This document shows, one piece after another, positions 37,450-50,300 of a stretch of DNA of 64,000 nucleotides (positions are counted from its first letter, which is position 1; each line of letters opens with the position of its first letter). The stretch comes from Takakia lepidozioides (taxonomy: Eukaryota > Plantae > Bryophyta). The position numbers and the translations under genes are program-made. The stretch is taken from assembly GCA_030704615.1 (NCBI GenBank), contig CM060733.1, positions 2,666,001 through 2,730,000 on the forward strand. The letters are read 5' to 3'. Under the pieces are notes generated by a model. It made no database searches, was not told where the DNA came from, and saw only the letters and a program-made list of their open reading frames with translations.

Positions 37450-40400
37450 ATGTTTGAATCGCCCAACTTGGGCGAGAGGGCAAACTTAACCTTTTGTTGG
37501 TGGACGGGAGGACTTGCAACGAGATTACGACAGAGTAGGCATTGGGGAGGTTGGTGCAGGCGGCATGGCAGGGGAAGGGCGTGAGGACATGAGGACAGCA
37601 GATCCGGCAATGGAGGTTGTTCATGCACATGCAGTAGGGCCCGCCCACGCAAAGAAAAAGAAGAAAGCTAAGCACATGCAATCCCCGGCGAGAGAGCAGT
37701 CACGGGCTCCGAGGGGGGAGTGAGCAGTGCGCGCGCGAGGGTGTCAGTTCGCCTCAATCAAAGGTGGTCGTCCTGGAGGGCTCCCCTGCTGCTAGCCCTA
37801 GTAAGAAACAGAAAGCCTGTGAGAGGGCAAAAGAGAGGGCAAAAGAACAGACGAGACAGAATGCTAGCCAGGAGGAAAGACAAAAGGCAGCTGAAGAGGC
37901 CAGGGGTGCCCAAATGACAGATGCCAATGTAAGCGAGGGACCCACAGAGACGGTGGATCCCTACAAGACACCACAGAGAGGCAGTAGCACACTGGTTAGA
38001 CCATCGCGGGCAAGAGCAGCCCCCGCAATTACCCATACGGTGGAGAGTGGAGGAGAGGAAAGAACACCTGAAAGAGCACGGATTGTGCAAGTTCGAGGTG
38101 AAGCCAGGGAGAGGGCAGTAGAGACGACGAGAGTGCTGGAGGTGGTTTCGCAGGTGGCGACCCTGTTGAGGAGGACGACATGGAGTTTCTGACCAGGATG
38201 ACATCCTCCCGGACATCCCCAGGCCCCAAACCCGGAGCATACAGCTGGATTTGGCGGTCCTGGTGGGCTGCCGGAAAACCCCTCTGTAGCAGACGTCATG
38301 TCTGAGGCGGATATGAAGTTGGCCGCTGCCAAGATGTTGGAGGCAACCCACAGCAACATTGGCAGGGTGCTGGGGGGCATGGTGTACCCGGCCAAGCTTC
38401 GAATTCCCCTTTGCCGCTTGGTGTCATTGCAGGTGGTGAGACCTGCCCTCCCAGGCGATATCGACAAGCTGAAATTCTCTTTCCGGGATGGATATCGAAT
38501 GGGGTCTGCCGCCTTTTACGTTTCCATTGAGAACGACCACGGAGCTTCCCGTGCCCACTTCCGATGAGGTGGACAAATGGGGTCCCCATTGGCAAACGCG
38601 AAATGAGGAGTTCGAGAGATCGATTGCTAGTGATCCTCTTTCCAGCACATGTCCGGCAAGATGTTCTACGTGTGGGACGGCAATCATCGCCTCCTGGCAT
38701 GGATGGAGCACATTGCCCAAGCCCACCCCAACGATCTCGATTGGCATTTCGCCGTCGATTGTGTTGTGCTGAAGGTTGCGGGGCCCAAAGATCGCAGTCT
38801 TCTCAAAGCTGCAATGGCCGACATCAACTCGTAAGCTACAACCCCTCTCGCTTTTGGACTTTGAATTTGGAAGTCATTTCATTGCGAATCCTCATATATG
38901 ATGAAAATTCCCATTTCAGTATTGTTTGATGGAAATGTGGCACTGCGGGTGACTGAGAATGCCTTCATTGCCACCAACTTGTCCCATATGCTCTTCCGAG
39001 TGAAGGATGTCGGGAAGCAGGGGGTGCAAGAGTTTGCCAATTCCCTCAGTGCCGACCTCCTGCGCAAGTCGGAGGCAAAGGCAGACAGAACCTGGTATAG
39101 GCTGAGCGTCGACGCCATGGTGGACTACATATTTCGGGTAAAGCTCCTGACAGTTTTGTTGAGCTAGTCTGTCTCTCCTCCCCCAATAGAAGAAATTGTG
39201 TTGAGCAGGATCTCTAATCTTATGTGCGCATTTTCGACAGACGAAAATACAGCAGGATTTGGCACATGCGCGGAGGTTCTACATGGAGTCAGAGGAGAAG
39301 AATCCAACCCTCCCGGAACTCGAATCGTATGTCAAAGTTGCGGAGGTGAGGGCCCGCATAAAGTACAAGTCGCGGATGGTAAAGTACGTGGCCATAGCTG
39401 ATCCCGCCCTTGGTGCCGACTTTCTGTGGAGGTGGGGAAGCACTACTCTCGCGCTCTGAAGCCCACGATGACATTGGAGAAGCTCCATCGTCTAGCCACA
39501 TCCTGTGTGGATGCAACAGAAAAGGTGATACATTCTTAACAAAATTGTGGTGGCAATAACTCCTTTTTGTGGTGTTTGGCGCTTACGAATATGCTGGGTG
39601 GTTGGACAGACCCGGTGGCTCCAAATCTGGAATGGTTCCCAAAGTACCAGGGACATGTAGAGCTTCCCCAAACCGGACAACTCTCTGACCCACATTCAAC
39701 ATGTGGATGAACCGCATGACATGGTGGTTTCAGGTACTTCCCCACGCTTCGTTTGGGGCTTCTACTCTAGTAGGGGATGGATTCATTGTATTTTTTGAGG
39801 AAAGCGATCTGATGGACAATCTCCACAGGTGACGACGAATGCGCAAGAGCAGCTGGACACACAAGCACATCAGTTCAAGATGGAGATATCTCCTGCAGCA
39901 GAGAGCCTACGTGACTATGTGACGAGGTACTTTCTGCTCTACAAAACCAACCTATTCTTTCGGGAGATAGCAGATGCTCGCCGGAGCCACGAGTTCACCG
40001 ACCAGCCGAACGCGGACAAAGCAGCAATGCGCCTTCTGTACAGGTACATACGCGCTGCCTTTCTTTCAAGTCCTGGCATTTCAGGATGTTAGAGGCCTCA
40101 AGTGGTGTTAGGGAAAATGGCGCCGAATTTCCAGTCAGGGCTCCGAAAATGGCTAAGTCCCTAGACTGGCTGGCCCGGAACTGGAAATTCGGCGCCATTT
40201 TCCAGTTCCAGGCCCTATTGCCGTTCAGGGACTTAGCCATTTTCGGGCTAAGTCCCTAGACTGGGTGGCCCTGAAGTGGAAATTCGGCGCCATATTCCAG
40301 TTGTAGGCCCTATTGCCGTTCAGGACTTAGCCATTTTCGGACCTCATTGTGTTTTTCATGAATGCAGGTACTGTAAGTTCTCCCTTTTGGAGAAAGGTCA

Positions 40401-41197
40401 TCTGTCTTTCGAGCCACCATTCTTCCTGGCATGGAGGAACCCTGGGGCTGACTCCATGTACACTGACGATATTGTGAAGGAGTGGCATCTGGAACATTTG
40501 CGTGATTGCCCTTGGTATGTGGACCTTCCGCCCGGCTCGCTCGACCCATCCGAGTTTCAATTAAAGCTGGATGCTGAATTCCGACGAAACCGGGCTCCGC
40601 TGTCTCCGTTGGGTGCAAAAGAGGCAAAAGCGCTTGCGAACTCCAGGAAAGCGGCAGAGCTTGCTCAGGCAGGAATTCAGGAGAAATTGCATGAGAAGAG
40701 TAAAGGTCAAAGGAAAAGGACAAGGAAACAGGTGACTGCAGTAACACCCAAAAAGAAGAAAACCATCGGGGCATCGGGGCATCGGAGGAGGCGCAGGAGG
40801 GGACCCAAGAGAGTGACTCCGACGCCGATTTTGTTCAAGGTCCTGCGACTGCTGTTGCTCCTACCCAGTCACCGGTCGTCCGGGTTCCCAAGTCAGTTCG
40901 GAGTGGGACTGGCTCTGCCAAGAAGTTGGCATTTGAGGGCGAGCCTACACGGCGGTATTTGGCGGTGACGTTTACGCACAGGCCAAAGCTAGAACCTCCA
41001 ACCATCATCCAATGCGTCAATGAGAGCTTCATTGACGCTCTCGCTGCCAGGGCGAAGAAGGTGGCACACAACAAGTCTCTGGCGGAGCAGAAGGGAAAGC
41101 CAAGAAGAGGGCTGCCGGTACAGAGCCTAAAGACACCCTTGGTTTTGAAGCCATGATGGAATTCTTCACGGCTGTGAGCACGAATTGCAAGAGCACT

Positions 41198-41229
<32 letters not shown>

Positions 41230-42744
41230 GGTGGGGTGGAGAGAGCTTGCGACATGATTCTCCTCGACATTCCAGATGGGGAGCTGCTGGAGGGCCTGGA
41301 TGGTGTGCCCACCTGGAACAGGTTTACTGAGACTACTGGAAAGCCGGGTTTGGGCTGGCGGGGATGCTTCCGGATGACGGTGGATGTGTGGTTGTCCTTG
41401 CCACGAGAGGGAAGACCACAGAGAATGCGGTGGCAAGGTGGACACCGAAAAGTGTCACCCCGGTCCTCCTCAGAAAATGGTTCTGCATCAGTACGCAGGG
41501 GTTGCGATCAGAGGGCCAAAGTGTAAGTTATCAATCTATTGCATTCACTTCATATTGTGGTGTATGTTAAGTAGACCCTGGAATTGATCCCTTCTTGTTG
41601 GATGTGCAGACATGGTGTTTGAGGCATATTGCTTTGTGAAGAGAGGGTCTACGTTCAAATTCCGCAACGACGGTCGTCTTGTTGATGCCGCTGTGGACCC
41701 TGTAACCTACGATGTCCTCTACAACTATGTGCCCCACTCTAGTATGCCGAAGGACACAAAGACAGGCAAAACCGTGGCGGTACAGCCGGACCGGAGCCCT
41801 GCTTTCATCCAAACCCTCATGGAGACGTGCTCGGATGTCCAAGGGCGGATTCTGGACCTCACATGCGGCACGGGTAAGCCTTCACGTGCTCAGTTTGTCC
41901 CCTGGCCCCATTGCAATTGCATGCCGCAAGCTATTAACCGCCCGCTTTGTTCCTCAGGTGCTTCAATGTGGGCAGGGACGTTGTCCGACAGGCATGTGTT
42001 CGCCTTCGAGCCAGATATTGCCCTCCACAACTCGGAACTTGCAACGGCTGAACGTCTGCCGAAAGAGGAAGAGGCATCCTCGGAGGATGAGGAAAAATCC
42101 GAGAAGGAGCAGGGGGAGGAAGTTGGGATCGAGGCCGAGGAGCCCCCGGTTTACGAGTGAGTGGTGGCATTGTAAGTTGCCTCCAGATTTTGTGAGGCAC
42201 CTCCCTCCGCTCTCTTATTTCATTGAAAACCCTTTCTGGTTGTGCTGGTATTGACATTCTTCAAGTGGATTTGTTCTTACTGTAGGATGCCAAGTACTGC
42301 CGGAGGGACGTCTACACCGGAGTTCATGGGCAGGAGGAACGTGCCTTTTTTTGCCAGGGGGATTTCATGCCTAGTCCAGAAAGGGAGTACATCCTTCCTA
42401 CTTATGCTGCCCGGCTTGCTTCGGTGTCCGTTAGGAGGTGTTCCGAACGTAGTCGTGTACAGCAGATTTTAGACGAGGCAAGCCTCAAGAAAATGAAGAT
42501 GAGGGAGGAGGCAGCAGCTATTAGAGTCCGTCGGGCTCGTAGATTTGTGTTGGATTCTGCTGAGGAAAGTGGGGGAGAAGACGCAGAAGATTCCCAGGAG
42601 GTGAGGTGGACAGTCCCCCAAGGAGAGGACGGGATTTTTGAGAGGCATAGTGGAACTGATGCATCACAGAGCTCGGAGGATGAGGGGGATGAGGGGGATG
42701 AGGAAGAAGGTGGGGCAAGTTCCTCGGAGGGTGTAGGAGAGTAG
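37450..42744 (+). CDS. Multi-exon MULE cargo gene: ParB/Srx-like domain + N4/N6 DNA methyltransferase-like domain (frameshifted in this assembly)
   Basis: RIPLCRL..RP..DIDKLKFSF..FYVWDGNHRLLAW (38400-38700); CDMILLDIPDG (~41250); PAFIQTLMETCSDVQGRILDLTCGTG^ASMWAGTLSDRHVFAFEPD, with a GT-AG intron at 41874-41957. Confidence 0.72.
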
Positions 42745-43484
42745 TGCCCATTCCGGCTATGACAGTTAGAACACACTTGTATAGACGTGGCTTGCCACAA
42801 AATTTGCAATAAAATGTTGCATTTCAAGTCCACTGGTGCCACATTCCAACTTCACATGACCTTATTTCCGTGCCTCCTAACCCTATTTCCGTGGACTCAC
42901 AATGGTCTGCTCATGTTTTTTTTTTTCCGCTCATGCTCATGCCGGTCATGAAATAGCAGCCCCCACAAGAGGGACCAGCCCTCTCTCTTCACTCATACCT
43001 CTTCATGAGCTTGGAGCTGAAGCTCCCAACGGGCTGCGATGCATCCCCTTGCAGCTCCACCATTCGGCTGTTCCTCATCTACCCGCAACAACTAGTTTCG
43101 GGCAGAAATACCTGGAGCTGATCATATCATCTCCAACCTGCAACACGCTAGTTTCCCATGCGCAGCCCACATTTCTGCAGCTCCTTAACTCGGCGTGCAG
43201 CTGAAGAAGACGACCACCAGTTCACCCACTCGTGACCAACATCTCCTCCGCTTCACACTAGAAGCCCAAACTTGGTTGCCATAGCGTTGAGCTATGCAAC
43301 GCCGCTCTTCAACATAGACTACCCGCCTCTCTATCCATGGCAAACCTGCAACCTGTTCGTCTTTGCACTCTATCCGCTTTGGATAGGCTCATGCACGGCT
43401 CCCTGCACTCTAGGCTGAACCACTTCTCATGATCTGAAAACACAAGTGCTACAACTAACTCGAACCTGGCACTCACAGACTCGA

Positions 43485-43500
43485 GCTCATCTTTCTCGAG
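43485..43500 (-). promoter_or_regulatory. Self-complementary PBS of copy 2
   Basis: 16/16 reverse complement of 43654-43669 in its own A1. Confidence 0.8.
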
Positions 43501-44228
43501 TGATAAGGAAAGGATTGATACAAGCACACAAGCTCTCTCAAACTCACATACTTGCACATGAAAACATCACTCATATATTAAGTCGAGCCAAGTGCACCCC
43601 ACGCCATGGGGAATCCACACTACGGCGCCATAGCTAGACGCGGTGAGGCTCAACTCGAGAAAGATGAGCCCACCGCGATCTGCCGTGAAGATAACAACGC
43701 CAGATGCCCAAACATGTATTGGCCCCAAGATTGATACTTGGGTCAATCCCAAATGTCAATATATAAAAGCTAGCTATTTCCTAGCTAACTTCACACTAGT
43801 GGTAAAATAACTTGACAAGTGGGCCAAGACTCACCGCGACTCATCACCGAGGGTCTTCGTGGTGGTTCGCCATAAAAGGATGGTGTTGTTTGTGGAACCC
43901 CCGCGGACAGTCACAGAAGTATATAGAGGGAGTAGTAACCCCGAGAACGGTGCAAGCCCGTTGGTGACCAAAAACTAGTGAGTGAACGAGCGAGCCGGAA
44001 AGCGATCAAGGAGTGGGAAGCTATTCCGGACTGCCATCTACCAAAGGGAATTTCCACTAGGCCCAAATTGGTGGAGGGTCTTTTGGAGGAGCAAAGGGGG
44101 ACCGCTATGTCCCGGTGAGCAGCCGAAGCTCCGAGTTGGCCCAGCGGCCACTTTAGAAGTTAGGCGCGCGCATCAAGTGAGTAACTATGACTTGAAGGGG
44201 AGCTTACCGAAGTGAGGTGCGCGACACT

Positions 44229-44240
44229 TGGTATCAGAGC
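44229..44240 (+). promoter_or_regulatory. tRNA-iMet primer-binding site (family B)
   Basis: TGGTATCAGAGC, 2 nt after the LTR end. Confidence 0.93.
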
Positions 44241-44299
44241 TTAGAGTTCAGTACGCGATCGTCCTTGAGATCGGCCTCATCAACGGGTCGGGCAAGCCA

Positions 44300-46310
44300 A
44301 AGCGAAAGCCGAACGGCTCAAAAGATGATGATCCTGGTGACCCCGATGGGGACGACGTGTCACTGAAGCGGCAATTTGAGGAGGCGATTCATGCTTTTGA
44401 AAGCGAGGCCGCTCAAGAACGGGGGGAATCTAGGGAGTCGGAGCCCGAGGACTCCCCGGAGGCTCCAGCAGACCAACAGATGTCTCCCATGCCAGCAGCC
44501 TTTTGGGAAGGGTTGTTGGCGCAGTTTGGCGGGACGTTGAAAGACGTGTTGAAGGCGGTTAATGCCACTTCCACTAAGGCAAAGTTTAAGGTGAAGCCTA
44601 AAGAACCCGGCACCTTCGAGGGCGTCCGAAAATGGAAGGCACTCAACACCTGGCTCTTGGAGCTAGAGCAGTACTTCCGGGCGGCCAAGTTGAGTGACGA
44701 GGATCGGGTGGAAGTGGCTCCTATTTGAGGGGCTATGCTCAACAATGGTGGAAAAAATGCCTTCACGACCAAGGTCCAAACCCGGAAACCTTGAACTGGA
44801 GTGGGTTCAAGGAACAAGATGAGGAATTTGAAGCAAACGAATGACATTCGGGGATATGTTCAGGCTTTCAATTTGCTGTTGCTCAAAGTCGCGGATATGG
44901 CGGAACCAGAAATGGTCTTCAACTTTGTGGCAGGACTGGCCCCATGGGCCAGGCGGTAGTTGGAGGAGAAGCCACCTAAGACTTTAAACGAGGCAATTGA
45001 AAGGGCTGAATGTTTCTCGGATGTCCCTAGGGGCAAAAGACAAGGCCGTACGGAGCTGAACCACAAGAAGACCCGGCGGGAGAGTGACTCCTTCCGACCG
45101 GAAAAGAAGTGGGATAGGCCACGCGGCGACAATGGCACATGGAAATCGAAGGGAGGGCCTTCACACGCCAAGGTGACACACGGTGCTCCGAAAGGAAAAT
45201 CAGGTGCGACGGCTTATGGCGGACAAAAGGCGACCTTCGATGGGGTGTGCTTTAATTGTGGGGAGCCCGGGCACATGGCAAAGAAGTGCGCAAAACTCCG
45301 ACAATTGAACATGACTCGGACAACCACAGAGCTGTCGGAAGATTCCATCAGCCACTTGGTGGAAGCGGTGGTCGCCAAGACTTGCAAAGTAGACAACTAC
45401 TCTTGTGAGTTGTATCAGGAAACTGACGCCTTGCGTAAAAGGAGTCAGTTATTGTTCGTGAGTGGGATAATTTCCGGAACTAACGTGTCGTTGTTGGTGG
45501 ATACAGGAGCGTCGCACTCCTTCATGACACCAGCAACGACACGAAAGCTGGGGCTCCCGACAAGTGACGTGGGGGCCTCTATTGAAGTGCGTTCTGCCAA
45601 AGGAGAACCACAACTGACGACGAGGTTGGCGTTCGATGTTCCTCTTCAGCTGGGGAGTTGGGAGGGCGTGAGAACTTCACCATTTGCGAGATCGATGGAG
45701 TGGATCTCATTTTGGGGATGACCTTTTTGAGCAAATCAGGAGTGGTCATAGATGGCCGCAAGAGAATAGTCACGCGAATGATGACGAAGTTTTACGAGTG
45801 TCGGAAACGCCCAACGCAGTGGGAGGATGAATAAACCTGCTGTCAGCAAAGGAGTGGGCCGTGGAGGAGCCACACAAGCCCCAGTTTTTGCTTTACGTAA
45901 GACAAGTGAAGGGATAAGGCGATGGGGAGCCGAGCCTAGATTGGATCAAGGGGATTTTGGAGAAATACCAGGATGTGATGCCGGAGGATTTACCAAGTGG
46001 CTTGCCACCGCGAAGAGGAGTTGACCACAAGATTGAGATGATATTGGAATCGGATCCGCCTGCCAAGGCGCCCTACCGGTTGAGCCACAGAGAATTGGTC
46101 GAGCTGAAGACTCAGCTCAAGGATCTAATGTCAAAGGGGTACATCCGGCCGAGTAAGTCACCTTACGGAGCCCTGGTGCTATTCGCAGACAAGAAGGATG
46201 GGACGCTGCGAATGTGTGTAGATTACAGGACTCTGAATAAGATGACTATCAAGAACCGGTACCGTTTGCCAAGGATCGACGACCTCTTCGATTGGTTGGT
46301 AGGAGCGAAG
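44300..46310 (+). pseudogene. gag-PR-RT (N-terminal part) of family B, frameshifted, cut by CACTA insertion
   Basis: EPGTFEG..TWLLELEQYF; CFNCGEPGHMAKKC; LLVDTGASHSF; [40 protein letters not shown]. Confidence 0.92.
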
Positions 46311-47350
46311 CACTAGAAGCATTCGTGTCTTTTTCGAATCGACTGCATGTCCAAAACCACTGAGGGAACAACTTTGAGATGTTTGTTACTACTGCATAGT
46401 CATAACGGATAAATTCACATTTCTAATGGCGGATAGAAGTTGCATCAATGACTCCGCAGTTGGCACAATATTCGCGCGATTTAATTCAATTACGTAATTT
46501 TTATTTTTATTTTTAAACAGCAATTACAAGTGGTTTTAAGCACTAGAGAACGACTCTTAACAACTAGGCATTCATTGCACACCCTATTCAAAAATGGAAT
46601 TTTTATAAGTGCTCCACATGGCTCATGATGTGGAATATTTTAATGTATTTTAGGGCTTGTGTGGCTCGTAGAGATTGTTCTAATCGTCGGATGTAAAATG
46701 ATCTAAGGGTGGAAGAGTAACTTTGTCCTTTGCCTGAATTTGTCAAAGTGTTGGGAGAGGGATGGAGGCTTGAGAGAGAGACGAACAAGTGATGCGAGAA
46801 GGACGAAGACCAAATCGAGGCCCATGTCCTGTTGTTGCAAGTGTTTATGGCGTCAAGGGCGCATTATGTGCAAATGTGGGCTCTTGGCTCCCCTTTGTAC
46901 CATGATTTGGTATTCTTCCTGATGATCACAAGGTTCTTGGGGGAATCAGCTTGGTCTTAGCAACCCATATTTAATCTCTGCCGCTCAGCTGCACCGTGGT
47001 GGTTCTTACGAACCAATCCCACATTACCTGACTAGCGATACAAGCAGCACGCACAAGAGGTCTTCTTGGGTTCATGGTCAGTCTAATCCGCAATGGGTCA
47101 TGACACAAGGTAGAGGACAATGTGGTAAGGGGGGCTGCTATTTCATGAGCGGCATGAGCATGAGCGGAAAAAAAAAAAGCATGAGCAGACCATTGTGAGT
47201 CCACGGAAATAGGGTTAGGAGGCACGGAAATAGGGTCATGTGAAGTTGGAATGTGGCACCAGTGGACTTGAAATGCAACATTTTATTGCAAATTTTGTGG
47301 CAAGCCACGTCTATACAAGTGTGTTCTAACTGTCATAGCCGGAATGGGCA

Positions 47351-50300
47351 CTACTCTCCTACACCCTCCGAGGAACTTGCCCCACCTTCTTCCTCATCCC
47401 CCTCATCCCCCTCATCCTCCGAGCTTTGTGATGCATCAGTTCCACTATGCCTCTCAAAAATCCCGTCCTCTCCTTGGGGGACCGTCCACCTCACCTCCTG
47501 GGAATCTTCTGCGTCTTCTCCCCCACTTTCCTCAACAGAATCCAACACAAATCTACGAGCCCGACGGGCTCTAATAGCTGCTGCCTCCTCCCTCATCTTC
47601 ATTTTCTTGAGGCTTGCCTCGTCTAAAATCTGCTGTACACGACTACGTTCGGAACACCTCCTAACGGACACCAAAGCAAGCCGGGCAGCATAAGTAGGAA
47701 GGATGTACTCCCTTTCTGGACTAGGCATGAAATCCCCCTGGCAAAAAAAGGCACGTTCCTCCTGCCCATGAACTCGGTGTAGACGTCCCTCCGGCAGTAC
47801 TTGGCATCCTACAGTAAGAACAAATCCACTTGAAGAATGTCAATACCAGCACAACCAGAAAGGGTTTTCAATGAAATAAGAGAGCGGAGGGAGGTGCCTC
47901 ACAAAATCTGGAGGCAACTTACAATGCCACCACTCACTCGTAAACCGGGGGCTCCTCGGCCTCGATCCTCCCCCTGCTCCTTCTCGGATTTTTCCTCATC
48001 CTCCGAGGATGCCTCTTCCTCTTTCGGCAGACGTTCAGCCGCTGCAAGTTCCGAGTTGTGGAGGGCAGTATCTGGCTCGAAGGCGAACACATGCCTGTCG
48101 GACAACGTCCCTGCCCACATTGAAGCACCTGAGGAACAAAGCGGGCGGTTAATAGCTTGCGGCATGCAATTGCAATGGGGCCAGGGGACAAACTGAGCAC
48201 GTGAAGGCTTACCCATGCCGCATGTGAGGTCCAGAATCCGCCCTTGGACATCCGAGCACGTCTCCATGAGGGTTTGGATGAAAGCAGGGCCCCGGGTCCG
48301 GCTGTACCGCCACGGTTTGCCTGTCTTTGTGTCCTTCGGCATACTAGAGTGGGGCACATAGTTGTAGAGGACATCGTAGGTTACAGGGTCCACAGCGGCA
48401 TCAACAAGACGACCGTCGTTGCGGAATTTGAACGTAGACCCTCTCTTCACAAAGCAATATGCCTCAAACACCAATGTCTGCACATCCAACAAAGAAGGGA
48501 TCAATTCCAGGGTCTACTTAACATACACCACAATATGAAGTGAATGCAATAGATTGATAACTTACACTTTGGCCCTCTGTTGCAACCCCTGCGTACTGAT
48601 GCAGAACCATTTTTGAGGAGGACCGGGGTGACACTTTTCGGTGTCCACCTTGCCACCGCATTCTCTGTGGTCTTCCCTCTCGTGGCAAGGACAACCACAC
48701 ATCCACCGTCATCCAGAAGCATCCCCGCCAGCCCAAACCCGGCTTTCCAGTAGTCCTCAGTAAACCTGTTCCAGGTGGGCACACCATCCAGGCCCTCCAG
48801 CAGCTCCCCATTGGAATGTCGAGGAGAATCATGTCGCAAGCTCTCTCCACCTCAACCCCCCCCCGAGTGCTCTTGCAATTGTGCTCACAGCCGTGAAGAA
48901 TTCCATCATGGCTTCAAAACCAGGGGTGTCTTTAGGCTCTGTACCGGCAGCCCTCTTCTTGGCTTTCCCCTTCTGCTCCGCCAGAGACTTGTTGTGTGCC
49001 ACCTTCTTCGCCCTGGCAGCGAGAGCGTCAAGGAAGCTCTCATTGACGCATTGGATGATGGTTGGAGGTTCTAGCTTTGGCCTGTGCGTAAACGTCACCG
49101 CCGAATACCGCTGTGTAGGCTCGCCCTCAAATGCCAACTTCTTGGCAGAGCCAGTCCCACTCCGAACTGACTTGGGAACCCGGACGACCGGTGACTGGGT
49201 AGGAGCAACAGCAGTCGCAGGACCTTGAACAAAATCGGCGTCGGAGTCACTCTCTTGGGTCCCCTCCTGCGCCTCCTCCGATGCCCGATGCCCCGATGGT
49301 TTTCTTCTTTTTGGGTGTTACTGCAGTCACCTGTTTCCTTGTCCTTTTCCTTTGACCTTTACTCTTCTCATGCAATTTCTCCTGAATTCCTGCCTGAGCA
49401 AGCTCTGCCGCTTTCCTGGAGTTCGCAAGCGCTTTTGCCTCTTTTGCACCCAACGGAGGCAGCGGAGCCGGTTTCGTCGGAATTCAGCATCCAGCTTCAA
49501 TTGAAACTCGGATGGGTCGAGCGAGCCGGGCGGAAGGTCCACATACCAAGGGCAATCACGCAAATGTTCCAGATGCCACTCCTTCACAATATCGTCAGTG
49601 TACATGGAGTCAGCCCCAGGGTTCCTCCATGCCAGGAAGAATGGTGGCTCGAAAGACAGATGACCTTTCTCCAAAAGCGAGAACTTACAGTACCTGCATT
49701 CATGAAAAACACAATGAGGTCCGAAAATGGCTAAGTCCCTGAACGGCAATAGGGCCTACAACTGGAATATGGCGCCGAATTTCCACTTCAGGGCCACCCA
49801 GTCTAGGGACTTAGCCCGAAAATGGCTAAGTCCCTGAACGGCAATACGGCCTGGAACTGGAAAATGGCGCCGAATTTCCAGTTCAGAGGCAGCCAGTCTA
49901 GGGACTTAGCCCGAAAATGGCTAAGTCCCTGGACGGCAATAGGGCCTAGAACTGGAAAACGGCGCCGAATTTCCAGTTCCGGGCCAGCCACCCTAGGGAC
50001 TTAGCACGAAAATGGCTAAGTCCCTGGACGGCAATAGGGCCTAGAACTGGAAAACGGCGCCGAATTTCCACTTCCGGGCCAGCCACCCTAGGGACTTAGC
50101 CCGAAAATGGCTAAGTCCCTGAACGGCAATAGGGCCTACAACTGGAAAATGGCGCCGAATTTCCACTTCAGGGCCAGCCAGTCTAGGGACTTAGCCCGAA
50201 AATGGCTAAGTCCCTGGACGGCAATAGGGCCTAGAACTGGAAAACGGCGCCGAATTTCCAGTTCAGGGCCAGCCAGTCTAGGGACTTAGCCCGAAAATGG

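Larger units (their letters stand above)
30720..42964. mobile_element. Mutator-like (MULE) DNA transposon copy 1 with two divergent genes
   Basis: Imperfect TIRs GAGGTTTGCTATTTCATGA / GGGGGCTGCTATTTCATGA with CATGAGCGG subterminal repeats. TSD ACAAGAGG (8 bp; up to 10 bp depending on where the ends are placed). Confidence 0.9.
25218..43817 (-). mobile_element. DNMT-encoding Ty3/Gypsy-like retrotransposon, copy 2 (gag/PR and PHD/PPT/B1 deleted; contains MULE copy 1)
   Basis: Starts TGTCAAGTTA at 43817 (-) and ends GCGCACGACA at 25218. Imperfect 4-bp TSD GGTG/AGTG. A1 43501-43817, partial A2 25404-25623, B2 25218-25402. Confidence 0.88.
18496..46310 (+). mobile_element. Conventional tRNA-Met-primed Ty3/Gypsy (family B), interrupted by nested insertions; 5' LTR in three pieces (18496-18737, 25146-25217, 43818-44226)
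   Basis: The pieces join to match the uninterrupted LTR at 63434-64000. The LTR ends GCGCGACA at 44226, followed by PBS, gag, PR and the start of RT. Confidence 0.88.

Noticed and set aside
41198-41228. Poly-G run read as poly-Gly/Pro or a G-quadruplex
   Set aside because: Copy 2 has only a short G run at this site, so this is probably a homopolymer error or slippage.
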